A stretch of DNA of 63,464 nucleotides, the filler included, from Hyphochytrium catenoides (taxonomy: Eukaryota; Protista; Hyphochytriomycota), in assembly GCA_900088475.1 (NCBI GenBank). It is 4 parts of 4 records of this genome, joined end to end, with 100 filler letters (N's around TTAATTAATTAA, not from the genome) between each part and the next. Parts side by side here need not be neighbours in the genome. Positions count along the whole stretch, not along the records: positions 1 to 26,400 come from FLMG01000216.1; 3 more parts are not named here. The stretch is one strand, 5' to 3'. The notes beneath the pieces were generated by a model, which did not search any database, was not told where the DNA came from, and saw only the letters and a program-made list of their open reading frames with translations. This document shows, piece after piece, positions 1 to 12,084 of the stretch. The stretch's first letter is position 1, and each line of letters begins with the position of its first letter. The position numbers and the translations under genes were made by a program.

Positions 1-87
1 TCGCCCCAACATTCTTCTTATCGAACACAGCAAACATGCGCTCTGTTGGAAGATGGAAACCGAGAGATAAGTGGTAACATTCGGCAC

Positions 88-119
<32 letters not shown>

Positions 120-314
120 CAGAGGGACAGAGAAAGAGAGAGAATAGGGTACTGCAGAGGGTAAAAGAAGAATACATTTAACGAGAAAGAGGCGTCTAGA
201 GAAAGGAAAGAAGCGCACTCTTTAAATGGAAGGGGAGCGAGGAGAATAGGCCGAGAAAAGAGAGAGAGAGAGACAGAAAGAGACAGAGAGAGACAGAGAG
301 AGACACAGAGAGAG

Positions 315-348
<34 letters not shown>

Positions 349-828
349 TAGCGCACAGAGAGGGTGAACTATACTGATGCTGGCAGAATGGCGCAAGAGT
401 AAGGTAGGGAGACGTCAGAGAAAGAAAGACATAGGGAGTCCTTTTACCTCCTAATAGCCCTGGGAGAGGAAAGTACTTTAAGAAAGCATCCTTATCAATC
501 TGCTTGCCGTCCGTCCGCGCTGCGAGCTCCTTGAAAGTCTCACGCAGCACCCGAATCTCTCCCGGATCAACTGTGAGACATATAGAGAGTGTGAGGAAGA
601 GAGAAACGGTGACAGAGAGAGAGAGAGAAAGTAAGAGAGAGAAAACAGAAGAGGAGACAGCGAGCGGGAGAGAGAGAGGGAGACAGAGTGCGAGGGAGAG
701 AAGCATAAAATACTTCTTAGGCCCAGAACTGGGCTTGGAAGAGGGATCATCTCATTGACAGCCTGGCCTCTAACGAACGGAAGAGAGAACGAAGCGAAAA
801 CATGCTAGGAGAGAGAGAGAGAAAGAAC

Positions 829-860
<32 letters not shown>

Positions 861-1122
861 AACGAAGCGAGTATGTTGGAAGTGCGAGACAACGAGCGGG
901 GCGCGGCGCAGACAGGATCATTGACGCACATCTCTCTTTTGCCAGTTTGACATCTCCTTTCAGTCTGAAGCTGGCACTAGAGGTAAGATAGCCGACACTT
1001 CCTCTCCGGTGGGAAGAAGATAAAGAAGGAAGAGCTGGAGACACTTCTTCTGCTTGAGAAACAGTTCCTTCCTCTTTTGCTGGCCGGTTGCCAGTATTGT
1101 GGGGTGCCTGGACATTCCCCAT
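1..1122 (-). CDS. N-myristoylated EF-hand protein, 5' part (resembles the N-terminus of CDPK7-type EF-hand kinases); runs off the window
   Basis: Exons 1122-930, 570-448 and 42-1 join via GT-AG introns in consistent phase 1. Product: MGNVQAPH...KLAKERFDPGEIRVLRETFKELAARTDGKQIDKDAFLKYFPLPGLLGERMFAVFDKKNVGA. MG start; FPLPGLLGERxFxxFD leads into an EF-hand loop. No kinase domain lies inside the window. Confidence 0.7.
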
Positions 1123-1719
1123 GCCTCTATACCTGGGAAACAGGGCGAGAGAGAGAGACACAAGGTGCCTGGACGGGAGAGAAGAGAAGAGACTGATCTA
1201 GAAAGTGACACAAAGTTCTCTTTGGGTCCTCTTTCTCTCTCCTGCAGACACCCACGGTGCCACTTCTCACGTAGTTCCTGATGGCAGATGGCCTGGAGAG
1301 AAAGTGAAGGAGGTAGAGAGTGAAGGACAAAGAGAAAGAGAGAGAGAGATTGGGCAAAGAGAGAGAGAAAGAGAGAGAGAAGTGAATTGCAATCTTTCTG
1401 AAGGCGGTCAACGTGGAGATATAAGAAAAGCTCTACTACCCGGCAAGTAGTTCTCTCCGACCTCTACTTCTCGTCATCTCTCTCCCTCTCTCTCTTCCCT
1501 TCAGCACGGCTTATGCCACCTCTGGTCTATCTCCCAATCTCATCCTCTCGTCGCATCACCCTCCTTGTTATGAGCGTCTCTGCTGTCTTCCTCTCCCTTT
1601 CTTTCTCCTGTTCTCCGCTTTCTTTCTCTCCTCTATCTATCTCCTTTCCTTCCGTTCCTCTCTCTTCCCCCTTCTCTCTTTCTGATCTGTCTTCCCTTTC
1701 TCCTTCCTTTTCCTTGGTT

Positions 1720-1979
1720 CCTCTCTCTCTCTCTCTCTCTCTCCTTCCTCTCTCTCTCTCTCTTAGAGACGCCCTCTTGCTTGTCTTCCTCCCAAGTAAA
1801 ATGATAGGGGTAGTGGTACCCTGTAACGGACGACAGAGCCCTAACCCGCCAGTTACCACACACGAATCAAAGCTTGATTATTTAGAAGTAAAATGACCTG
1901 ATAACTGATAGGTACACAAACACTCCTCTCGTGAGGTCGTTAACGGCAAGCAGACCTGGCGTTATTCTGATGAAGAGGA

Positions 1980-2036
<57 letters not shown>

Positions 2037-2065
2037 CGAGAGCGAGTGAGAGAGAGAGAGAGAAA
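1720..2065. repeat. Facing (CT)n and (AG)n microsatellites in the divergent intergenic region; representative of window-wide GA/CT tracts
   Basis: (CT)n at ~1720-1762 and (AG)n at ~1983-2062, between the head-to-head ATGs at 1122 (-) and 2347 (+). Confidence 0.9.
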
Positions 2066-2346
2066 GAGCGGGAAGCGAGAAAAAAAGAGCGCGCGCGAAG
2101 AAATGGGGTGCGAGCTTGGGCAGCTCCTCCTTCAGATCTTCAGACTTCAGACAAGTCTCAGTCTGAGTCTTCCTACTCTCTTGCTGGTGCATTGTCAGCA
2201 GCGTCATCCTGCAGGGACTACTCCCTCACTCTCTCTCTCCCTCCTTGACAGTTGGCAGGGACCAACACTAAGCCTGCTCTTGGTGGGGGGCCCCAGTCAC
2301 AGGAAAGAGCAACAGCAGTGAAAGGGCAGGAAGAAGAAGAGGGCCA

Positions 2347-2970
2347 ATGATGGATGTTCACGCAGCAAAAGAAGGGAAAGAAGAGATCATTGGTCTCCGG
2401 CCAGTACAGGAGAAGGACCTCCCTACTTTGTTTGTCTTTCAGCTGGATGAGGAGGCTAATCACATGGCAGCTTTCACTGCCGATGACCCTGCCGATGAGA
2501 CCGCCTTTAGGAAGCACTGGGAGAGGCTGCTGAATAATCAGTCAATCACTGCACGAGCCATTGTCTCAATAACCTCTAATGACGCATCGGAGAGCAAAAC
2601 TGGAGAAGAAGTCGCGCCACGAGAAGTTCTACTGGGCACCATCAGCACCTTTCCTGAGCAGATCACTCCTCCGACAGAGGGTACGGAAGAAAAAGAAGAG
2701 AAAGCGGAGGGAAACGTGCAGAAGAGGAGCCTAGAACTCACCTACTGGCTTGGGAAAGAGTTCTGGGGCAGAGGCTACGCCACAAGAGCTCTGGAGCTTA
2801 TGCTCCAGCAGACTCCGCAGCGTCCTTTGTTTGCTCGCGCTGCGAAGGATAACACTCGCTCACTTCGCGTGCTGGAGAAATGCGGCTTCAGAGTGATAGG
2901 AGAGGACAAGGGCTATGCCAATGCCCGGAAGGAGGAAACAGAGGAGTTTGTCTTGAAGCTTGGCCATTAG
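2347..2970 (+). CDS. GNAT N-acetyltransferase (RimJ/RimL-like, Acetyltransf_3), intronless
   Basis: 207-aa ORF with LRPVQEKDL, AAFTADDPAD..F..HW, the acetyl-CoA motif YWLGKEFWGRGYAT and DNTRSLRVLEKCGF. Confidence 0.92.
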   Translation: MMDVHAAKEGKEEIIGLRPVQEKDLPTLFVFQLDEEANHMAAFTADDPADETAFRKHWERLLNNQSITARAIVSITSNDASESKTGEEVAPREVLLGTISTFPEQITPPTEGTEEKEEKAEGNVQKRSLELTYWLGKEFWGRGYATRALELMLQQTPQRPLFARAAKDNTRSLRVLEKCGFRVIGEDKGYANARKEETEEFVLKLGH

Positions 2971-4636
2971 TAGAAATTAGAAGACCTTCACTACTTTTCC
3001 TCTCTTTCTCGTCAATCGCTCTCTCCTCTTTCTTCACTGCTCTTTCTCACGCTTTTTCTTCGTCTTGCCAATGATATGCTTTGGTGTCTGTGGGGCAGGT
3101 GCTTCTCTTCAGCTTTCTTTGCGCTGATCGTCGTTAACATCAGTAGTAGAGCGTCAATACCAGGTAGGTCTAATTCTTAGATTTCCCGCCATTAGCATCA
3201 GTAGAGCATTAGCATCAGGAGAATCTGATAAATAGATTCTGTTGATCTCGAGGAAGAGAGCAAGATGAAGGGGTCTCTGAAGGCTATGTGTAGGACTGGG
3301 AGTGCGAGAATCGAGAGAAGGGAAAGAGCCTTCCTCGCCGTCAGAGCTCAAGGGATAGAACTATCAGCTGCACATCCCTTGTTCGTAGTTATTTTATGAT
3401 CTAGATAATATCATGGTTGCGAGAGAAGTGACATACATTCTCCCTCTTCTTCCCGCCATGCAGCAGCTTTTCATCCAGAGCCTGAAGAAGTCTCACTTGT
3501 CTGGTAAAGAAGCCCCACGTTGAAGCCCTTTCTGAGGGCGAGATTTGGCCTGCGTGGCCTCACAGATCCTTGTAGCATTCGCCTCCACACGTCTCCTCTA
3601 TGATGTCTCTGAGTACCCTATCATCAATATGGAGTTCTACTGCCCTAGTCATCTCTCTCCCTCTCTTTTTCTTCCTTCAAAGGCCTGCGACGACTTCAGT
3701 CTAACTATAAATCCCACCTCTGTTATCCTTGGCCTCTACCCGAGTTGCCAGGCTTTTGACTGCTCTCCTTCAGCTCGCTCAAGGTCTTATCGTACTTCAA
3801 CAATGAGAAAATTGACATGTCTTTAGGCCTTGTTAGGGGCGTGTCCCCGCTGTGTTATTCGCTTTTGTTCCTTGTCTCTTTGTGTCACAATCTGGAGGCT
3901 CCCCCCCATATTTTTATAAAGAACGCGTTCACATTTGCACCGCATCAGAGGCCACATCCAAGGGCCGCGACATTCGACGAGGTCTTAAGACCAAAAGTGC
4001 TGGGGAGAAACTTCAAGATCGAGAGTCTCCCGCTCTCCCCTGCCTTATTCTCATTGCAAGGGGAAAAGAAGAAGAGAGACCAAAAATTATGGCGCCCATC
4101 ATCACGGAAGGACCAAGATAAGACAGGTAGGTTATAGAAGCCAATACGTGAACAGTACCAGACACTGTCGTCTGCAAAAGAACAGGGAAACCGTCACAAG
4201 CAAGCAAATAAGAGGAGACAGGAGACGAGGAATGAGTGTTCTATTGCGGCACGTTTACAGCTGTGGAGACTCTTCTTTGCTGTGGCTGTAGAATGCAAGG
4301 ATGCAGGGACATCAGCGTGATGAGCCACACGACGTCACTGTCATTGGCAAACCACGTTCAGGACAGACATTCTGCTAAGTTATAGTCATAGAAGAATAAG
4401 AATGAACCAAGTTACCGAAGAGGACATAGTCAAAGAAGAAGTAAGAGACTTAGAAAGATGGAGGACGGAACAGATATGATAGGCTTGTAGCGCAGAACCA
4501 CAGATGGGAAGAGCACACAGTGCCACCCTCCCGACAACAACGTAGAAGAATGTGCACTGCGAAGCAGGACTCCAAGCCTCGTTTTCGTTCTGGTCTAAAC
4601 CTAGTCGCTTGCATGGCCTGTCTCTCTCTCTGTCTC

Positions 4637-4668
<32 letters not shown>

Positions 4669-5248
4669 CCCCTCTTCTGATCCACAGATCGGTGCTGTCC
4701 ACCCTGCGCGCTGGCCCTCAGGTGATGATCATATTTGAACTTGAAATATTTCAAAACACCGTTCCAAACAACCTTTCCATTGATTAAAATATTTATGTTA
4801 GACTTCAATAATTGTATTAGGCTTTTTATCTCTTTGGTGAGATGTTAGGGGTCTGATCACTGGTTTATAAATCTTTTGTTCCCATTTTATATTGCTTTTG
4901 GTAGTCGGTGAAATCTATTACATGTTTCAGTGAAATATTGCGATGATTTTATGTTTGGATGTGAAGCTTCGATGGCCACAGGTCAGGCCGTGATGGCTCC
5001 TCCTATTCGGCTCTCTGATTGGCTGACGAAGCGACAAGATCTTACAAAAATCCAGCAACAGGTCAGAGGTTAAGAGTTCTCATTGGCTGGACGGACATAG
5101 GAATAAAACTTTAGGATAGGATCTGGGCATTTTTGTCCTAAATTATGACCGTTTAGCACTAATATATCTAGAACGAGACGTCAAAGAAATTTCGTCTGTG
5201 ATAACTATCTCTTTTCCATCTTTTTGAAGTGCTTTCTTTGGACACTAG

Positions 5249-5297
<49 letters not shown>

Positions 5298-5343
5298 CCT
5301 TCCTTTTCTCTCTCGCTCTTTCCTTTTCTCTCTTCTCTCTTTT

Positions 5344-5374
<31 letters not shown>

Positions 5375-6034
5375 TTCTCTTGCTCTCTGTGGCTTGCTCT
5401 CTTTTGTCTCTCTCTCACTCTCTGCGTGTGTGTCTCTCTCAGTCCCTCTCTCTTCCCCCTTCCTTTCTTATTTTCTTCCTCGTTTGGTCCCTTTCTCATG
5501 TTTGTGTGTCTTTGGTCTCTTCTGGTCTGACCCCTTCAGTCTTTCTCTGTCTCTCTCTCATTCTTGTTCTCTCTTTCTTGCTCTTCTCTTGCTCTGTCTT
5601 CCACTCACTCTGTCTTTTTTCATCTTGTCCTCTCCTCTCTCTCTTTCTCTCCTCTCCGTTCTTCAAAGTTGACTCTTTCTCCGACCCACTGTTAGCCCCC
5701 CTGCCTTTCTCTCTTTACCTCGCGATTTCTCTCGCTCTTTCCTCTCAAAACAAACTTTCCGCCCCTTCTGTCTCTTTCTTCTTGCTCTTTCTGTCTGTCG
5801 TTCTCTCTCTCTTGGTCTGGCCACGTAACACCGTTTTCCTTCTCTGTTCTTTTTTCCTCCGCCACCAGCGGCTTTACCTCTTTCCTCCACAGCTCAAGAT
5901 CGCGGCCTCTGCAGTCCATGCGACCAATGGAGTGAGCCACTGCTGGGCGTCTCACATCCAAGGATTTTGTCTTCTTTCTAGCCTTTTCTCTCTCTCTCTT
6001 TGTCTCGCATGGTCTTCTTTCTCTCGGGTTAAAA

Positions 6035-6074
<40 letters not shown>

Positions 6075-6477
6075 AATCTTTCCTCTTTCTTGTCCCCCAC
6101 TGCTTCCCCTCCTCTGACCCCTTCTTCTCCAAGTCTGCACTTAGGACGTGAGATGTGAGGAATAGAGAAGAGAGGCGAAGAGGGAGAAAGACGATGACCC
6201 ACAGAGAATGAGAGGAGCAACAGCAAAACAAACAGAAGAAGGTAGGAGAGAGAGCAACTGGAGGATGGAGCGGAAGGCAGAAGAGGTTTGGGGTGTCTGT
6301 GTCTGACTGACAATCTTGGTCATCTCCACCCCATCCCAAAGTCTCTCTACGCAGTCTCCTCCTCATTCTTCTTTTTTCCATCCTACGGTGGAGAGAAAGG
6401 CGGCGTGAAGCTAACTCGCAGAGACCTCTTTCTCTCTCTCTCTCCTGGTTGATAGAGATTCAACCCCCGCCCTTATT

Positions 6478-8668
6478 ATGGCAGAATCAACCAACTTTCA
6501 GGGCGTGAAGACACCAGACCCCTACCACGGGACAGTAGAAGAGCCAGCAATCAACCGTGATGCAGAGGCCTCTCTGAAGAGCGGTCTCCAGGCGGCTGCT
6601 CTGGCTAGCAACAACCTCATGGAGCACAAGACAGCAGCTGGAGGACAAGGTTATGACCGTGAGAGCTTTGCCTCTCTGGCTAAGGCTGCCGGAGAGCTCA
6701 GCAAGACCTCCTACACGCACNNNNNNNNNNNNNNNNNNNNNNNNNNNNNNNNNNNNNNNNNNNNNNNNNNNNNNNNNNNNNNNNNNNNNNNNNNNNNNNN
6801 CATGAGAGTCCTGACCAAGTTCATCAGTCGCGCTCTGCCCTTCAACGCACATGAGAACGTCATCTTGCAGACTACAGCTGCCACGGGGCAGTCTATGGTC
6901 TTCACCGGTGGCTACAGGTGAGAAGAAGAGCGCATGTGCTTTCCCTATCTTATCTCTTGGCTTCTTTCTCTCTTCTTTGTCCTTCTTCTCTCTTCTGGAT
7001 TGTTTCCAGTATCCCTGCCTGTTGGACTCACATTTGCTCTTTCTCCCTCTCTCATCATGCAGTACCTATATCCTTGCTATGAGCTCTGACGTGGCTGGAC
7101 CCAACAAGCTAGCTCCTGGTGACACCTATGATGTGGCCTACTGGCAGGGTCTGCTCTGGCTCCTCTCTGTCATTTGTCTGGGTTTCTTCATGGCTCAGCC
7201 CATGAGAAAGCAGCTTATCGTCAAGAACGACTACCCATGGCCTACGCCCACCGCTACGGCCGTAGTTATCCAGTCTCTTCATCAGGCCGGAGCTCAGGAC
7301 TTTGCCATGAAGATGTTGAAGTTCCTCCTGAAGGTTACTGGAGGTAGCTTTCTCTGGTACTGGTTCAAGTGGCTGTTCAACGCTGGCGGAGGAATGGAGG
7401 CCTGGCCTGTGTTTGGCCCCGATGCTAAGGCATTCAACTGGACTCTGGACTGGTCTACCGCTTACATTGGTTCAGGCGTGCTGATGCCTTGGAAGAGTGC
7501 TTGGTCTATGCTTTTGGGAACTATTGTGATGTTCGGGATCGTGTCCCCTTCCGTCTGGGAATATAGAAAGGACTGGTTCCCAGATGCAGTCGACGACAAG
7601 GGTTCTTTTGAGGGTCTAAAGTCTTACTGGTTCCTTCCTGCTCTTGCCATCACCGTCGTGGACTCCCTCTATCAAATTGGAAAGATTGTCTTTGACTACG
7701 TGAGAACAGAGAGAAAGAAGAAGGCCGCTGGAGCCATTGGGGGCTCTATGACCTCTGCTACTGAGCTTTCTAGAAGAGTAGAGGACCCTAAGACCCAGGT
7801 CCCTACCTGGCTATGGGCAGGCGGCTTCGCTGCGAACACTGTCCTCGTCTGCATCACTACCCCTCTTCTCTTCGACGTCAAGTGGTACCAGTGTCTAGTG
7901 TGCGTGTTGATTGGCCCTGTTATCGGGTATGGAGTCAATCTTGGCGCTGCTCTAACTGATGTAGGCCTTGTGTCTGCGCTTGGAAAGTTTATTCTTATCT
8001 GCTTTGGAGGCTGGGCTGCCGACATTACCTCTGCTCTTTGGCTGGCTGGTCTGGGTATGGCTGCGGTTGGATCCTCCAATGATCTCCTTGGTGACTACCG
8101 CACGGCCTATCTCCTGGGCACTTCACCCTTTGCGATGTTCAAGGCTCAGGTCTTCGGTGCTCTATTCGCCGCTTTCTTCACCCCTGCAACCTATCTTCTC
8201 TTCCTTGACGCCTTCACCATCTCTACGGATGGTATCTTCCAGGCTCCAGGCGCCGTAAGTCTTAGAGCTCTGGCTGTGCTCTTCGTTGATGGCCTTGACA
8301 TCCTTCCTAAATATGTCATGGCCTTCGTGGTTGCTTTTGCTGTCTGGACCATCGTCAACAACCTTCTCAACGACTTCCTGCCAGAGAAGATTGCCCGCTT
8401 CCTGCCCAACTCTATTGCCTTCGCAGTGGGTGGCTACGTTGCCCCTTCATACGGTATTAACCCAGTCATTGGTTATGGCATCAAGTGGATCTGGATGAAG
8501 AGCAACCCACAGGCAGCAGAAGCCTTCGCTCCTGCTTTGGGTGGTGGTTTGATTGCCGGCGAAGGTATTGCAGCCACCACTTCTGCTATCTTTGCCCTGG
8601 CAAAGGTCAACGCCCCTAAGGGTATGGCCATCGCCTTCGGTGCCGCCGCTGGTGGTGGAGGGCATTAA
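6478..8668 (+). CDS. OPT-family transporter, YSL (yellow stripe-like) type
   Basis: Starts MAESTNF at 6478; gap 6721-6800; intron 6918-7062 (GTGAGA...TGCAG). Motifs PFNAHENVILQT, YPWPTPTATAVVIQSLH, DYRTAYLLGTSPFAMFKAQ and GGGLIAGEG; many TM segments. Confidence 0.9.
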
Positions 8669-9255
8669 GAAGGCGAAGAAAGGAAGAGAAGAAGCAATCG
8701 CTCTTTTTCCCCCTTTCTTCGCTGCTTTTCTCTCTTATCATCTCTCTTATAGAAGAGACATTTCTTGCTAGTTCGCCCTATCCTTGGACGCAATGTGTGC
8801 TTCAGTCCCTATCTATTGAGTGTCTTTGGCCCCTATGTCTATTTCTATAAATAAAGCTTCTTACACATTTCTACAAGCCCTTGATAGCCATAAATTTGAA
8901 GTGCGCTCACTCACCACAGTTACATAGCGCCATGAACGGCCATTATTGTCCTGTTCCATCTCTTGCCGGGTCTTAAATCTCTTCTCCCTATCTTCTTCTC
9001 CAGCTGTAGTCCTCTTTATGCCAAATCTGTCTGTTTCTCCCCATTCGCTGGTCCGCTTTCCACCAGGCTAACTTGTCTTTTTCTAGCTACCTCATCAGCA
9101 GTCGGTCCTATCTCCAGGACGTGGCCCCGATAGCTACTGCTTAAGACAGGTGACCGTCCTATCGGAGGTGCCATCTTAGCTTCTTTGCCGATCTCTATTC
9201 CTTATTTAGGACTCATTCATCTACCTCAATATGACGACCTTCACGGCCCCTGCTA

Positions 9256-9319
9256 TCAGCATCTGACTGCTATCCCTGAAAATGAAGTCAGCATCTGACT
9301 GCTATCCCTGACAATGAAG
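9256..9319 (+). repeat. 32-bp tandem duplication
   Basis: TCAGCATCTGACTGCTATCCCTGA(A/C)AATGAAG twice, one mismatch. Confidence 0.85.
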
Positions 9320-10116
9320 CCACGGGGCAGAGTCTGCGCGGAGTCCGGAGCTCAGTAGCCATAACAAAGACAAAAGAGCTTGAAAAACGCAATAACAATA
9401 AAAATCTTCATGATTCCAAGCTCAATGATCTACACTACCGAGATCTCCCCCAGGAGCGCACTTTCTCAAACTGAAACGCGGGAACGCAGATCTCCCGCCA
9501 AACTGATTTCAAACAACAATTTATCAGGGATAAGTCTATCCTCATTGGGAATAAAGGCCATTCTCTATCAAATTTTCCTCTCTTTCCACCTTCCAACCAA
9601 ACAATGGGGAACCGAAAAATGCGAACCACGGCAAGACCGAGGGAAGAAGAGATATCAAATCTAGATAAAATGAGAGGGCTCCATCCCAAGACAGAGTGCG
9701 AGGTAGATACGAAGAAGCGACACGAAGTGTGGCGATGATTGCGACAGACAGAGAATCAGTTGAGCTTCATCTGCTGACAGCGTCTGGAGCTTGATACTTT
9801 ACAGAGACCCAAGCCTGTTCAGGAGGGAGCTTTCTCACCGCAAGGTTAGGACCTAAGGGCTCTTAAGCAGGGCTAGCCAATATAGGACAGGGGCCTGCAG
9901 CAGATGTTGAAGCGGCGTCAGAGTTGAAGCCGCGGTGGCAAGAGAGCTACCAGCTGGAGGAGGACGGTGCACTAGAGTAAGCCGAAGGTGGGGTGGAGGA
10001 CGCAAGAAGACAGCGTAGGACCCGCTGAGATGCGGCTTGAGACCGCCCAGGACACGCTGCTGGTCACAGAGGAGGAGTCCAACTCTGACTTGAAGTTCGT
10101 GGCTGCAGGCGCTCTG

Positions 10117-12047
10117 ATGGCCTGGCCCTGTGCTGCCTGCACCTTTGTCAACCCTTCACACAGAGTCAGCTGCGAGATATGTGAAGCTGCGAAGGTCCCA
10201 GAGGTAAAGTGTACTGACAGATCAGCTCCAGAGATAGTAGATCTCGATTCAGACATCACGAACGATGGAGCCTCTTCCTTTGCTAATGCTTTCGGAGGGC
10301 GCCCGCCAGTCCAGAAGAAGCCTAAGGTCGAGGAATTGGCGAAGCGAGATGCAGTAGAAGAGAAAAGAGTGAAAGCGAAGGCGCCATTGCCATGGCCTCG
10401 CTCTTTAGGAGAACAAATGGTTCTCTGTCTATCTACACAGAGAGGACACTGTCCGGTCTATTGCGGTGATGAGGTAGAGTTCTATCAGGAGACAGGCAGG
10501 AACGCTGCTTCTTCCAAGAGGAAACGAGGCGGAGGGAGAGGAAGAGGTCGTATCTCTTCTTCTTCCTCTTTCAATTTCTCCTCGAAGGCAGAGCCCGCCT
10601 TCATCCGTGTGAGGAACAAGAAGACGGGAGGAGACATTGGAAAGCTTACCCATTCTCTCTCTCTCTTCCTAGCTCCTCTTCTGCGGGAAAGACTCATCAC
10701 TGTGACAGGAAACTGCCAGTTCTGCCCTGAACAGATAGACTTTTTCTCAGAGATACTTCTCTCTATGAGAGTGAAGGTCTATCGGCATGCTTTCTCTGTC
10801 TTTGAGGAGAGAGGGGAAAGAAGGAGAGAGGACATGGTTACCGCACTCTTTGGCCTTATGCAGTTCATGTGCTTTGGCAGGGTAGACAATAGTCTCTCTC
10901 TTCTGGGAGAGGGAGAGAAAAAGACAGAGAAAAAAGGAGGAGAGAAGAAGAGCACCCTTACTGCGGGTGCCGCTGGTTCTTCCTTGGCAGTAGACGAGAC
11001 TTTGGAGAAAGAGAAAGAGGCAGCTGATGAGGAAGGAGAAGAAGAAGACAAAGTCTCTGCCGATGAAATTACCAAGCTTTATGACGGCTGCGAGGGTAAG
11101 ACTTCTCTCGCTGATCTCAAGGTCACAAGGGAGAGACTGACTCCCAAGGGGCTCAAGGGCATATCCTTGAGAGACTATCAACTCTACGCGCTGGGCTGGA
11201 TGCTAGAGAGAGAGAGAGAGAAAAGTGGAGGAGATGACACAGATGATGACGCAGTCAAAAGTGTGGAAGAAGAGGGAGAAGGGAAGAAAGGACGGCAGAA
11301 AGACGGAGAAGAGTTCCCCCTCCGTTCCTCTGGTCCCAGACCCAAGGACCTTCATCCTCTTTGGGACATGAGGAGCTTTGAGGGAGAAAACAATGGCACT
11401 TCCTCCGATTCTCTGGATTCCGTCTACTTCGTCAATCCTTTCACGCGGTCTGCCTCTCTCTCTTTCCCTGCTGCTGCACAGCGATGTAGAGGAGGGATCC
11501 TGGCCGACGAAATGGGCATGGGTAAGACGATCATGATGCTCGCTCTCATTCATCAACATAAGGCCGAGACAGAGCAGGGAACAGAGAGGGAGAATGAGAG
11601 AACGAGCTCTCAGAAAGAGACGGGAAAAGAAGAAGAAAGAGAGGCTGTTCTTTATCAGCATCCTGACCTTCGTCTCCCGCAATCCAAAGCCACATTAGTC
11701 GTTTGTCCTATGTCTATGCTCTCGCAATGGGAGAGTGAGATCATATCGCACTCGAAGAGAAACTCTCTCTCTCTTCTGGTTTACTTTGGAGAAGATAAAG
11801 TGAGAGATGTTGCTTCTCTTTGCTCTCTGGACGTGGTTATTACGTCCTACGGGACAGTCTCGGCTGAGTTTGGACGGTCCAACGGGCAGCCGGGACTCTT
11901 CTCCGTCTGCTGGGAGAGGATCATCTTGGACGAAGCTCATCAGATCAAGAACCGGAACACTGAGGTCTCACGAGCGTGTGTGAAGCTTCCGGGCATAAGG
12001 TAAAGATAAGAATAGTCGGAGAGAAGATAGAAAGAGAAAGAGGAGAA

Positions 12048-12084
<37 letters not shown>

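Noticed and set aside
4386-4808. 140-aa minus-strand ORF (LKYFKFKYDHHL) as a continuation of the transposase relic
   Set aside because: It is interrupted by microsatellite, lies 15 kb away and has no supporting catalytic motifs.
5224-6381. Long ORFs of 297 and 229 aa (and 22788-23708, 58612-59523, 61366-63240 taken as whole ORFs)
   Set aside because: SLSL/RERE translations of CT/AG microsatellite, which lacks stops. Only the embedded exons listed above are credible.
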